60,051 nt of DNA from Girardia tigrina (lineage: Eukaryota), in contig MQRK01243963.1 in assembly GCA_001938485.1 (NCBI GenBank), forward strand, positions 1 through 60,051, written 5' to 3'. This document shows positions 22,323 to 36,159 of the stretch, piece after piece. Position 1 is the first letter of the stretch, and each line of letters starts with the position of its first letter. Under the pieces are notes generated by a model. It made no database searches. It was not told the DNA's origin and worked only from the letters and a program-made list of their open reading frames with translations. The position numbers and the translations under genes are program-made.

Positions 22323-23749
22323 CTTGACGTAGAAATTTATTGATAATCTTCTTTTGATACGATTGAATGTCCAAATACATAACCTTGAGATTACGCTAAA
22401 ATTTGAATTATACGTTGTTTACGTCCGAAAATCATAGTTTCTTTCTTGTGAGATGGCGAGTTAAAAAAAAATATAACCACAAACAAATTACATACCATGA
22501 ACGAGAACAACTATACACACACAAAAATAAATACAACATCACCAAAAAATATAAAAAATGAATAAAAACAAATATAGGCTCAAAAAAATCCAAATAGCCG
22601 ATAGATCAGAAAAGAAACTGGTGAGAGAAATTCACACTACAGTATCAATAAGTTGCCAGGACGTTTGCAACGTTGCAATGACAATAACGGCTGCTATTTT
22701 GAACACTTGGCTGATTATGATGAATGATTGGACATTATATTTGATAGTTTTTGTTATTTTCGAAAAAACTTAGTTGACAACCCTGTAGTGTTTAATTTGT
22801 GCTTCGTATTTTTTAAAGTGTATTGTTTACTATTTATATATTGATTCGTAAGTTTTTGTATTTCTTTATGTATGGTCGTGCCAATGTTCCAAATCTATTC
22901 TTGAAGGTGGAATTTGTGATTGTAATCTGTTTTTGGGTTTTTTAATTCTTTTTTGCTGTTCACAAGAGTCAGTCGATAATTTTGGTCTCATAAAATTTAG
23001 TTATAAATTTTTGAATCATATCGTGTACTGTGAAGGTTACCTTTTCCAAACGAATTTGATAAGGCCGTATATATTATGTATATATTCCAAAATTTAAAAT
23101 TATATGTTTAAATTTAAATGTTTAAGACATATTTGAAAGAATTCCCCATCAATTTCGGCTTATAGTTTATTTTATGTCATAATTTAATATTATAATTGAC
23201 TTTTAAAATAAAAGAATTCAATATTCCCTAAATCATATAGATAATAAAATCAATAGATGAGAAAAAATTGTGTGATGCAAAAAAATTTTTAATTCACGAC
23301 TGATTTTTTTACTATTATTCTCTGAGCACTAAAAATACTACATTTATTAAACCTAAAGATTTATTACAATAGAAAGGATTTATTTTATTTTTTTCACTAC
23401 ATCGTACGGACCAAATCTATTTGCAATTTCGAGTTAAAGAATTAAAGAAATGACTCAAGACAGTGTTAATATTTTAGTTACTCTAATCCCGATTGATCCC
23501 GCAGTCGTGTCCGACATACCGGATTCAAGCCGTAATAATTAACTATTTTGTTAGTAATCATTTTGGTGAGAAGCGAGCCTTTTCATTCAAAAAGTTATTA
23601 AACACTTTTCAACTATAATTAATTATATCTTTAATTATTTGTGTATATTGTATATGAAAAATATTTTCTTGTTGGCTGTTGTTAAATTATTAAATATTTA
23701 AGTTACAAATAAGAAATTCTTATTGTTGAATTCAATTTTAAATTAGTTA

Positions 23750-24170
23750 ACAAGACCTAACACATGGAAATAGTAATGTGTTGATGTTTGGTGCCTTTAG
23801 CAATGAGATGGTTGGTCTAATACATAGTATAGATGACATAATGGATGAATCTATGTACAAGGATATCATTGCAACTAAAGTGTTACTTTTTTCAAAAGAT
23901 AAATGCCATGAGGTTGGGTATTTATACAGGATAATGATCCAAAGGACACGACCCAAACAGAACAGAAATTTTTCAAAGCCAAAATAATTCAGGTTGTAAA
24001 TTTGATCATCATGTGAAGAACAAGAGCTTAAAATTAAAAATGTCATATATATTATTGAGTCTTACTAGACATAGCCCATCAAAAAACGTGTTTGATCAAG
24101 GGAGGCTGAAAGAATCTGAATTTTTAAAGACCTATGCAATCAATATCATATCAAACAAATTCGTACAACA
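23750..24170 (+). pseudogene. Tc1-like transposase fragment
   Basis: HGNSNVLMFGAFS..VG..IDDIMD..Y; FIQDNDPK. Confidence 0.75.
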
Positions 24171-24179
24171 ATGCACAAT

Positions 24180-26791
24180 TAGAGGGTCATTCCCGGGAAA
24201 ATATTTTGTATATTCCCGGAAATCGGGATTTTTGAGCGATATTAAAAAATTATTATTTATTATGTATATTATTTATACTATATTTATAATATATATTATT
24301 TTTAAATTCTTTAATATTTAAAGTTTAATGTTTAAAGTTCTATTTCTAATTATTATTATCAAAAACCTCTTAAAATACATCACAATTTTTAGTACTTTTC
24401 GATATTTTCATTTTTAATTTATTATTCAAATTATAATTGAAAGGGAATTTTGTTTAAATTTATATATAGTGTGAATATTAGCTATCTAGGTATTTCAAGT
24501 AAGTCCAAAATAAATATCAATATTTTATACATTTTTTATTTGACTTTTACTTTTGGTTATACAAATTTAAGAACCCCCATGGCATAAGTTTGGAAATATT
24601 TTTTGAAAATAGAAAATGAAAAAAGGCAAAGTGTTCAAAATGCCCAAATAAACTTTTTAGTTGTAAAGGAGCATCTACTACTGGATTCATTAGACATTTA
24701 GCTTCAAATCATAACATTATATGCAAAAACACTACAATCACGGATGAATATGAAGCTAGTTCCTCGAAAAAATCAAAATATTCACATTCGGAACCATCAT
24801 TATTATCTTTTGTGAAAATACAATCTCTAGCTAAAATAGTTGCGAGGCGCGCAGTGCTAGATGGCTTTTCTATACATGGAACCTGCAAAAGTCAATTCAT
24901 CAGTGCCAAACAGTTTTCTTTGTATAAAGATAAACATAATGTCATGCAACTTGTACACTCTTTTTATGATTAAGCAAAAGTAAAAACTATTCAAGAGATA
25001 AAAACTTTTCAAAAGATATATTCGAAATATAGTTTAATGCTAGATGAGTGGACCAGTTTAAACAATCACCGATATTTAAATGTCAATCTTCATTCCATCA
25101 ATGGTAATTATTTTATTTTGTGGCTTATTAGAATTTTGGGAAACTGTCCAGCAGAAATTGTACAAGAATTGATGGCAAAAAATTAAATGAATTTGAGTTA
25201 AATGCCTCAAATGATATTGTAGCATCGACTACTGATGGAGAATCTGTAATGAAAAAATTTGGTCGTCTAATTTCATTTCACCATCAGCAATGCTATATTC
25301 ACGGAATTCATCTTGCTGTTGTTCAAACTCTGTATAAAAAATATTTTTTGAATTAGCAAATGAAGAAAATAGAAATGAAAGTGAAAATAATTCAGAAAAT
25401 GACTAGGACAGTTCGCTAGATATAAATTTTGGCCATGAAAATCAAACAATAACACCGAGACCGGATATTGCAGCTTATTTAAACAGGGTTCAAAAGATTA
25501 TAAAACTTTTAAAATTGTCTCCAGTAAAAAATGCTATTTTGCAAAATTATATTCGAATGGAACACAACAAAGAATTACCATTGCTTTTGGATTGTAGAAC
25601 AAGGTGGAATAGTATAGGACGTATGCTTGATCGATTTTTGACTAGATATAATTCAGTTGTATTGGCATTAACAGATTTAAATTATTAGAATTATCGCGTT
25701 GATGATATTTTACTACAACTTCGTAAATTGTCAGCCACTTTAAAACCCATAAATTTGGCGGTGGAAAAGCTGGGTCAAAGAAAAGCGAATTTTTTAACTG
25801 CTGATGCAATTTTAAAATTTCTTTTTGCTGAATTGAAAGAAATATATACTGAATTATCCAAAGAGTTTTTATCAGTAATAGCAGCAAAAATGTCTGAGAG
25901 AAGAAATAGACTTGGTATCTTTAATGAAATATCTACAAAATAAGGTTATTGAAAGTAGACCTGAATTACCCATCTCAACCAATATAAGAATAACAACATT
26001 TTGTAAGGAGTTAATGAATACAATATTTACTCAAACTGAACCTGAGACTGAGAGTGAAGCTGTGAATATTCTTGAACTTGAAGAAAGCCCTAAAATACAC
26101 TAATTTAAATGAAAAGTTAGCTGTTGCGATACATCACATATCCTTAAAAGCAAATAAAACAGCAGTCATTAAAAAACTTGATTTTAATTCTATAGTAAAA
26201 AATGGGATTTCTATTTACGAGAGCATGAATTTCTTATCAGAAAACTTATCAAAGCTATTGGATATTTTAATATTCAACCTCTCATATTTTAATATTCAAC
26301 CCTCATCAATTGAAAGCGAGCGCGTTTTTTTCAAGCTCTTCAACTTTTTGTACAAAAAAGAGAGATGGTTTAACAGACAAATCCTTAAATGTTCCGTGCT
26401 TTTTAAAAAGCTTTTTCTTAAAACAAAATAAAATGTAGCTACGAATGCGATGTATTTCTTTAGTTAGTTTTTTATTAAAAAGGATTTTTTGACTATTGTT
26501 AATCAATAAAGTTTATTTTATTTTCGTTATGGATTATTTTACGTTCTGGTATATACATTTTTTCATTATAATTATAAACTAAATATGTATGTGTGAAATG
26601 AAATAAAGTATTATTTTACTTATAAGCTTGTTTTTAGTAAATTTTTTTTCAAATAAATCTAATGAAGACATATAACATAACTTTTTGGCAACTTTTAGAA
26701 AATATCCCGGGATCCCGGGAATTCCCAGGATTTAATGTTTAATATTCCCGAAACCCGGGATTGAAAAAACAGCCTGGAAAATGACTATCCA
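24180..26791 (+). mobile_element. hAT transposon (BED finger), decayed, inserted in a Tc1 remnant
   Basis: Imperfect TIRs tagagggtcatt / aatgactatcca; near-TSD tgcacaat/tgtacaaa; subterminal cccggg repeats; BED W.YF..C..C..HL, LDEWTS, TTDG, DCRTRWNS, SSIESERVF. Confidence 0.9.
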
Positions 26792-28394
26792 TGTACAAAT
26801 ATCAATCTAATGGCAAAGTAGAGATTTTCAACATGAATATGAAAGAAAATCTTTGTAAGAAATAAAACAATCATTATTGGCTACAACGCCTACCGGAGAC
26901 CCTTTTGGCTTCCATGATTAAACCAGATTATAGGAATAGTTTGTCTTAATTATATAAATTATACGATAAACGTTACATACCAAGGTTATTTATATCGGTA
27001 ACCGATAAAAAAACGACTATACTATGACTTAGAACAATCACAAGTATATATCACAAGAAACACCTCAAAAAACTGCGAAGATAGATTTAAGGGCTCATTT
27101 CCTGTTAGTCTACTTAAGATAACAACACCGCTGAAGTAGCCCTCAGAAATCATTCAGCATTCATTAACATGCGACGTTGAAAAGTTGAAGATCGATATGG
27201 TGTGTAGTGCTCGCTCGCACTTCATCATATTTTATAAAACATTTTTTTAGCCCGTCGACAGATCGTTTTGAATAATCGGGTTTTTGACAATTTTTATATT
27301 CAATGTTTCTCAAACATACGAAATAACCAAAATGCAACAACAGTCCAGTCTGCAATTTTGAGATAAAAATTTACTTTGTGATTTTGCATTTTTATCTGTA
27401 ATTAGCTAATCAACAATAATTATTGGTGGAATCAACTATAATTATTGAAAATAAAACAAATCACAAATATGTTTTAAATAACTGAAATTTGTACAAAATA
27501 TGAAATAAAGCTGTGCATGTAAATGAATGTCGTACAATGAATCGTCTCCAAATTTTAATATGCTTTCTATAATTTGTGTTACAATGAGGGTGAGTAATTT
27601 TTCGTGTTCGAAATTTCTTCTTGATTCAGTACAGTTTGTGGAATAAATATTTCAGTTTTAAAGTTAAAACAATTGTAAAAGAAATTAAGTAACAACATAT
27701 TTGGAATATATTTATAAATATTCGTCTTTCATCATTTAACAGAAGTGATGAATTATTATTTTATCTCCATCGGCCAGCCAAAACTTCTACTGAAACCTAC
27801 CTCGATAGTAATTTGTTTTCTAGTCCGAATCACTTTAGTATAACAATTCTGAATGGCTTATGTGTCTGTAAATCGACCGATCGATACTCTTAATCGAGTT
27901 ATTTTATCGTTTGTTACGGTTAATTCAAAACATTTCAGATTTAAATGTCTGATTAAATGAAATATAAATATATTACCCACTTTTTGATAAGACAAATTTA
28001 ATCACAAAAAGCGTATGTAAACTCGATTTATCTGGAGTTAAAAATTTCAATTGAATTGAATTTTTGAGTATACAATTTTTTATGGTTATTGAATTAGGAT
28101 ATTAAATTCAAAACTGATTTAGGAATTGAAATACAAATTTAGAAATTATTTTTGAAAGATTGATATTGTTAATTATGTTTATAACAACTCGACTACGGAA
28201 ACCAATTAAAATAAGAAAAAAAAAGAATTAATTTTCAATTGAAATCAGTAACTCAGATGCATACGAATTGGTTACGTTATCTCTAATTGCTTTGCCTTGT
28301 TTTTGAAAATATTCGTACCACGATTTCAGATGGAAATAAGTTTTTAATGTTTTTTTAATATTTTTCCACATCTGCTTAATATATGATTATATCT

Positions 28395-28463
28395 CCATAG
28401 CGTCCCAAGAAAATATAAAAATATGATATTATATAAATATTATAAGTATATCAGGTAAAAATA
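28395..28463 (+). repeat. Arm of the 58273-58850 MITE family (continues 29712-29765), interrupted by a mariner
   Basis: cccaagaaaatataaaaatatgat... matches 58285 onward. Confidence 0.55.
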
Positions 28464-29711
28464 TTAGGTTGGGGAAAAAGTAATCCATTATTTTAATCCA
28501 TTATTTTAATTCATTATTTATCGATCAAGCAATTTCAAATTTATGCTCTTTGTCAAGGTAACATTTCACAAAATTTTTTTTGCTTTTTTTATTCAGTTCT
28601 GAGTTACAGGGTGTTGAAAATGGAAGTCAACAAAGAAAAAATTCGGTACATTTTACAGTTTTATTCGATAAAGGCGAAAATGCAAGCCAGGCGGCTGTTA
28701 TTGTGAATGGTGTTTATGGTGCCAATACTGTAACAGCTAATTACATGCAATTTTGGTTTCGTCGATTCCGTGGAGGCATTTTTGATGTTAAAGATGCACC
28801 TCACACAGGCAGGCCTATCACTGAAAATGTCGATAAAATCTCGGCAATGATCGAAGTTGACCGGCATGTTAGTAGTCGTAGCATCGCACAGGAGCTGAAT
28901 ATCGACCACAAAACGGTTTTAAACCATTTGGGCAAAGCAGGATTCAAAAAGAAACTTGATGTTTGGGTTCCACACCAATTAACACCAAAAAACATGATGG
29001 ATCGAATTTCCATCTGCGAAGCCTTGGCCAAACGAAATGAAATCGACCCATTTCTTAAACGGATGGTTACTGTGGATGAGAAATGGGTCACATACGACAG
29101 TATTGTACGAAAACGATCGTGGTCAAAGCACCTCAAACGGTCGCCAAACCAGGACTAACGGCCAGGAAGGCTCTACTGTGTATTTGGTGGGACTGGAAAG
29201 GAATCATTTATTATGAGTTGCTTCCGTATGACCAAACACTAAATTCAGATCTGTACTGTCAACAACTTGACCGTTTAAAGATAGCAATTGATGTGAAACG
29301 ACCAGAATTGGCCAACAGAAGAGGTGTTGTGTTCCATCACGACAACGCCAGACCACATATGTCTGTAGTGACTCACCAGAAACTCCGGGAGCTTGTTTGT
29401 TAAGTTTTAATGCATGCAACATATAGTCCGGACCTGGCACCAAGCGATTACCACCTTTTTCTCGCATTGCAAAATTTCCTGAGTGATAAGAAATTGGGAT
29501 CAATAGAAGATTGTGAAAATCGATTACTACAGTTTTTCTCCAATAAGAACCAAGGCTTCTACGAGAGAGACATTATGAATCTACCTTCAAAATGGCAACT
29601 AATTATACAACAAAACGGTGCATATTTGACTCCAAGAGGACAATCCGAAACATGTTAAATAAAGTTTTGAATTTCACGCCAAAATAATGGATTTCTTTTT
29701 CCCCAAACTAA
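28464..29711 (+). mobile_element. Full-length mariner (DD34D), transposase 28620-~29640 disrupted
   Basis: TIRs ttaggttggggaaaaag / ctttttccccaaactaa, TA TSD; MEVNKEKIRYIL, WVPHQL, TVDEKW, HHDNARPH, YSPDLAPSDY. Confidence 0.97.
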
Positions 29712-29794
29712 TATTTTTAAAATTTTTAAAAATTGATTTTAAATTTTTTAAGTAATCTAACCCTAAGCATATATATATATATATATGGACGATC

Positions 29795-29832
29795 TACCTG
29801 ATGATTTATTGTTGAACACGAAACATGTAGTG
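29795..29832 (+). ncRNA. Degenerate minimal hammerhead (Penelope pLTR relic)
   Basis: tac-CTGATGA...GAAA-CATG-TA-gtg; palindromic loop III; stem II eroded; just after an (AT)n tract. Confidence 0.55.
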
Positions 29833-30069
29833 AATTTTAATGAAATAAATTGTTACTTAGATGATATTTTCTCGTTGTTCACTTCGTGTATTCAGCAACT
29901 CATTTGCCGAAATCGTGCAATAGGCAATTTTTTCTGAATACACGAACTTTTAAACGAATCTTTTAAAAATTTTTTTAATTCAATTATGAAATTGATGAAA
30001 AAAATATCATTTTAATATGCAAAAATGTTTTTAAAATACATACGTGAGCAATACGTTATTGCACGAAAT

Positions 30070-30175
30070 GTAGTGCATTTTAAGTGTGCTTTCATTGCAC
30101 TTGTTGATCCACATGAATAAACAATATATTTCCCCCGACACTTTTTCAAAATATTCCCAAGCAGCAGAGCTCAAT
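30070..30175 (-). pseudogene. BED zinc-finger fragment
   Basis: SSAAWEYFEK...GSTSAMKAHLK. Confidence 0.45.
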
Positions 30176-30789
30176 TGTTTTTTCTGACATTTTCGGGCTA
30201 TCAAACGAACTGTGTTTTTAATATTTCTTGAAATTTATTATTTTAATTTTTTTTTAAATACAAATGTATACTATCAAAAATAATAAATAAAATTTGAAAT
30301 TATGATTCATTTTTATTCTAATATTATTTAAAAACACTCATAGACTATGAGTCACAGTATTTTGTTTAAAAAATATCAATAATATCGACTAACGATTTTT
30401 AAAATTTATTCTGTCAAATTATCCAATGATTTATTTTCAAATTTTACATACGGGATAATTTTCAAGTTGATATTCTATTCAAAAAATTTTTCTTTTGTTT
30501 GTGTTAAAAATATATTGTCAATCAAGAAAATTGAAAAGTTTCAAAAGTTATTGTTGCAAATTTGTGCAAAGAGAAGCCGATAGTGAGATGGTCAAAATTT
30601 TATTTATTTATTTAATTCAAAGCAAATAGTATAAATACTATACGATTTGTAAAGAGTCTTTGTTTTTCAACTGTGGGCTTTATTGCTTGTTACAGATGTA
30701 TACAATGTTTACAGTAATATTTTATTAAAATGAATTTAAACATCACAAAGAAAATGAAATTTAATACATAATCAAAGTGCAAACTTCCT

Positions 30790-31050
30790 CTCCTCTTTCC
30801 TATCACAGCTGCCTCTCCCTCCATCGTTCCATGGCATGGATATGGTCAGCAGAAAATTCATACTTTTGTAAACCTTTTTCTAAAGTCGATTTCCAATTTC
30901 GGAATCCACCTGTTCTGAAAACACTTTCTCCAGCAGAGTTGGGCAATGAGAATTTTCGACAGCAAAAGCAGAAGACTGCATCTTTCTCATATAATCTCAT
31001 ATATCTTTCTCATGGATATTTGAAAACAAGGACATATGAATCGCATTAAG
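30790..31050 (-). pseudogene. TTF-type zinc finger of a ZMYM1/ZNF862-like hAT
   Basis: KDAVFCFCCRKF...GFRNWK...H..AMERW. Confidence 0.75.
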
Positions 31051-31066
31051 TTTGGCTTAACGGTCT

Positions 31067-31348
31067 TGTGGTGATGTCATTCCTCACCACATTCAGTAAT
31101 ATTGAACTCCAATGATGTCAAATCTCATGACATCGCTAGAGTTCGAATTCCGGTGATTTCATATGTCATGACATCACCGGAATGTGCAATTGCAAGGTCA
31201 ATTTCAATTGCATCAACTGACCCCGGCGCATATTATATAATATTGCCATAAGATAAAAGGGGAAGATTTCCAAGTTTAATTGCTTAGCAAACCTCGATCA
31301 ATATTTTATAAAATAAATTTTATTATCTAGTTTGCGTTCTTTATAACA
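31067..31348 (+). repeat. Small gypsy LTR (TGTGGTGATG family)
   Basis: Homologous to the copies at 37323 and 57919. Confidence 0.85.
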
Positions 31349-31656
31349 TATCTTTTCATATTAAATACAATTTTTCATTTTAAATACACAATATTAAAAA
31401 ATTAATATTAAAGAATTTTATACCAAAATTCAAAAATTAAAATCATTTTATTGAAATTTTTAAATAAACAGTATAATATTATATTTTTTAACTAAGTATT
31501 TATTAAAAATATAATTTTAAAAATAAAAATATCTGTAATAACTATTAAAAATTAAAAAAATCAAATTATAATTTTTTTTCAAACTTTTAATTTTAATATT
31601 TTAAGCCAATATTTTTTATTTAAAATAAAACAAATTAAAATTAATATTTCCTATAT

Positions 31657-31696
<40 letters not shown>

Positions 31697-34599
31697 AAGA
31701 AACTTTTTGTGATTTTGAAGGATCTAAAAATTTAATTTAAGAATATAAAGACATTTTCAGTAATAAATGATATTTTATATATGTTAATTAAAAAACTATT
31801 GGCTATAAATCACTAATTATATTTGTAGAAATACTGGGTTCAACACTAAGTGACCCAATATTTCTATTTGTACAATAAAAAAATCTAATCTTAAATTAAA
31901 TTAATCCAACTAGTATTTGATTGTCGAACTAATTCAATCTATAGATCTCAGAGTCGACAAAAAAACAAGCAATAAAAATAATAAATAAAAAATAAATAAA
32001 TAAACGAACCGTTAATAATAATGTTCTTTATTAATATCATAAAAATCTCTCTAACATATAACCATAATCTACACACGGTAATTTATTATTGTCTTTAACT
32101 TTTGTATTTTTGATTGATTTTTTTATTTTTTGATAGTTATATTTTTATATTGCTTGGATCAGATAATAAATTACTATTTTGTATTTGACATTTTTTTCTC
32201 TGGCAACTGATGATTTCAAATTTCTTATTTGGATCACAATATCTTTTTCCGTTATTAAACATTTAATGTTTTCATTCAATTCTTTAATTTCTTTCATTTT
32301 ACCAAATATTGACAAAGTTCCTTGGCAACACAAATTATCTGAGTTTTCTGCGCCTTCATATGCTGAAACTTTTTCATTTAAATTATCGATGTTATGTTGT
32401 AAAGCTTTAAATGCGTTTGAGAGAATCCTTAAATTTTTAAGCGAGAGTAATTAGACTCAGGATCATTGATATCGGGAATGATTAGTCTAAGATTATCGTC
32501 TTTGATAATTTCTTTCCCACTAACACAGATTATTCATCCGGTGATTGTGATTACTGTTTGATTAATTATGTATTTTCTGAATTATTTTATACATCTCTCC
32601 GGTTATTAGTTGTCTGGCAATTCATCTTCTTTGATAATCTCATCGGACACGAGATTTTTTTTATAACGATAACCAAATCCGACAAACTAATTCAACTTTC
32701 ATCGATAAGAGATTCCATATTAGATATGAATTTCGATTTCGGTTTCAAATCGACTTTCGATTTACGAAAAGTGAAACATAAAAACCAAAATATATAACCA
32801 CACAAACATGGACCACCATCCTGGACAAAAAAGACTGTATACAAGCAAAACAACCTCCATTCAGACTTTGTACAAAAAAATCAAACACACTCTGGTGACC
32901 AAGAACCGAGGTATCACAATAATTTTACAAATGGATAATTCGTAATATAATGTGTATTCGAGTTGCATGGGTTATTATTATTTTTTTATTAAGTTATTAC
33001 ATATTTTTTTTAAATGAATGGGAAAAATTAGAAGAACATTTGAGGAATGAACTTTGTGAAGAAGAAAAGAATAATAAAAATAATAAAAGAGCGATTAAAT
33101 ATCTTGTATCAAATGATGTTGAAAAAAAGTAAACAATTCGATGATTATATTGGAAATTACAATGATGAAGGAAGACCGATTGAAGCTTGAATGTAGTGAT
33201 GAATATTTTTATATTTAATTAATATATTTTAATATTTAATAAATTGATTACGTAATTTGCATACCAGGGTGACACACTGACTCAAATCGACAATTATTGC
33301 AATGTGGAAAATTAAAACAAAAGTCGATTATTTAAATTTTTTTCGTTTTTCTTTAATTTTTGTTGTCATCAAATTTAATATACAATATTAATTTTGGTAT
33401 AAAATATTAAATACAATTTTTCATTTTAAATACAGAATTTCACATTAAATTGTTTTTTTCATATTAATTTGATATTTTTTCATATTAAACTAATATTTTT
33501 CGTATTAAATACAATTTTCTTATTATATCGAGATTTTATCAAATTAAATGGTTTTTTTTCATAATAAATTTTTATGTGGAATTGTCTGGTTATTCTTTCT
33601 TTCTATTTACATTGACAAGACGAAAAGTACAATGTTTAAATTACACAACTTTTTATATATCGATCAATTTGAAATTTTGCACATTAACTGAAATCCTGTG
33701 ACTATTTATTTTAAAAATCGCCGGGAAGATTACTCACATAATTAATAGTTAATATTATTCATATTAGAGATTGGTTAACTTAAAATATGAATTGATATTT
33801 TATTAGTTTTTTTATATTATTTATTTTATGAATTTGATCACATATGCTAATATGATTCCACGTCACTTACTTTTCCATTTTATGTTTCTGTATTGCGTTA
33901 TTATTATCTGACTTATACAGTATAGTATAAGTATAATGGATAGTATAACTTTATGAAATAAATTTTAAATTGAAATTGAAAATGCGTTATTTAAAACAAA
34001 TGATTTTCATTATTGGAGACAACAAACAATTTGCTTAATTTAATAAAGAAAATTTGCTGGTTTTGTCTTTTTTGTTGTAGCAAATAATTATATGTTAGTT
34101 TTATTTAGATGTCGAAAATTGAATATAAATTTTTCTTATTGAAAAAATTCTTTTCACTTTAAAACGTATTTGATAATTAACTCTGTTAATTTATTACTTC
34201 AATGAAGTATTTGTGAAATGCAAGTTATAATTTTATAACTGCTTATAAATCATTCTTTTGAAATTAATTTCGATCTATGTAAAGAAATACAATATTATTA
34301 TTGTTAATTTATCAAAGTAATACAACTTTTATTTTGAGGGGTTTGATTTATTAAATTTAATTTTTCATGAATTCGAATAAAGAAAATACTCCACATTTCT
34401 ATTAAAAAATTATGAAAAATAGAAAAAATATTTGTTATTCTTTAATCTAGTGGAATTAAATTGATTTTAATGTTCCGAATGGTATATGCCATGTATGACA
34501 TCTAATGTTTGAAATTGATAATAATTACTATTCAATAATGATAATAATTTTAAACTATAAAAAACAATTAATGCAAGTAACCTATTGAGATTTTATTTC

Positions 34600-35800
34600 T
34601 CCGAGGTTTTTGATTGACTCAATGATGGCTTCAAAGCGCATGTTAACACATCATGGTGGAACAAAACTCAGCATGCCATACATGATCTTAAAAATTCAAT
34701 AAAACATTTATTAACTTTAAGTACTCTAACCCGGGGGTAATTTTAACTGTTAAACAACATATTCAAAATGGGGGACATAATTTTATTACTGATGAAATTT
34801 TTAGGGTTAAGGATAAGGATAAACTATCAGAAACCATTAGGAAATGTATTGGGTACTCGTGGGTTCTCAAATGGGATGAACAAAATAGTTCTGGTCGTTA
34901 CTCTGAATGTCTGTCAAATTCCCCATCTCCACCTCCCCTATTTATTATGGTAGCCTTAGTCAGAGCGAGTAGAGATTCATTCACCAGGCTCGGTCGTACA
35001 CAGTTCATGTGCGTTCTAGACCTAGGTGTTTGGTAAGTATTTCATGTAAGCGTGGTTGTCTTGTCGAAGAAACCCTGGTCCATGTGCTGGTGGGCTGTAA
35101 CTCTATAAGTAATTTCTGGAAAGCCCGACACGATTCAATTCAGGACATCATAGCCAAGGAACTGTCTACCTTCACGGATGCAGAGATTTATGTCAACGAA
35201 GAATGTGTCTTCATTAGTTCTGCCCAAAGAGTGGACCTTCAAATCAGTTTTCATAAAAAGCGTAAAATCTTCCTTGTAGACGTTAAGTGCCCATATGAGA
35301 CTGAGAAAAATATATATAATGCAGATAGGAAAAATATAGATAAATACTGGGACTTAAGGAAACGAATACAACATACATACGGGTACTCATGGAAAGTTGA
35401 ACTGGACACATTCATTGTTGGGCCATTGAGATCATGGTTACCCAACAATGAACGTATTCTTAATGATTTATTTCTATGAACAAGGAAAGTACCAATTGTC
35501 CGTGCCTGTGTACTCTCCAATATCAAATGGTAGGCTCTACAGTGGAAGGACTTTAAGGACCCGCGAGCAAACCTACAGGAGATCCAATGCCCGCTACTTG
35601 CCCACAACCCTGCGGACTTTGACGACGGAAAATTGCACACTGAGGGAGACATATTTGAGCATGATGTGCCGTTGGATGTCCCTCTTTAGGATAAATTGTA
35701 CTGCAAGATTGTTTGGGATTTTATGAGAGAGAGTTCAACCTTAGTGTTGACAGCATGTATGATTGTCTGACTTTTTCGACGCCATATAAAGGTTAATATA
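34600..35800 (+). mobile_element. 3' fragment of an early-branching non-LTR retrotransposon with REL endonuclease (NeSL/Utopia/R5-like)
   Basis: CKRGC..ETLVHVLVGC (CCHC), RHDSI, RVDL..LVDVKCPYE, K..KY, IVGPLRSW. Confidence 0.85.
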
Positions 35801-36159
35801 CTGTTGTGTTATCAGTTTTTCAATTTTTTTCTGCCGATAGTGTATTGTGTTAGCTGATATATGGTACTACTCTACACAGAGTATAGGATAGGTGTTTGAA
35901 TGTTGACTCTCATAGACTATAACCTCTCTCATAATTGATTAGACATGAACACAAATACATATGTCTAACCGAGGGATTTCCATTGGTTATTCATGCTCGA
36001 AGAGTCTCGCTCAGTGTCTACGGAACAATATCAGATCACTTTCAAGAAGAAAAAATTTGTTATATAAATATAATTTTGAACATAAAACATTCTGTATTAT
36101 TTTTTCTTTTAATCAAATCAAAAAAAATTTGAATTTACAAATTTCCTTTCTGCTGGTGC

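Noticed and set aside
27164-27355. Possible MULE transposase fragment
   Set aside because: Only a vague motif
32145-32820. Coiled-coil minus-strand ORF remnant (LINE ORF1 or gag?)
   Set aside because: No diagnostic motif
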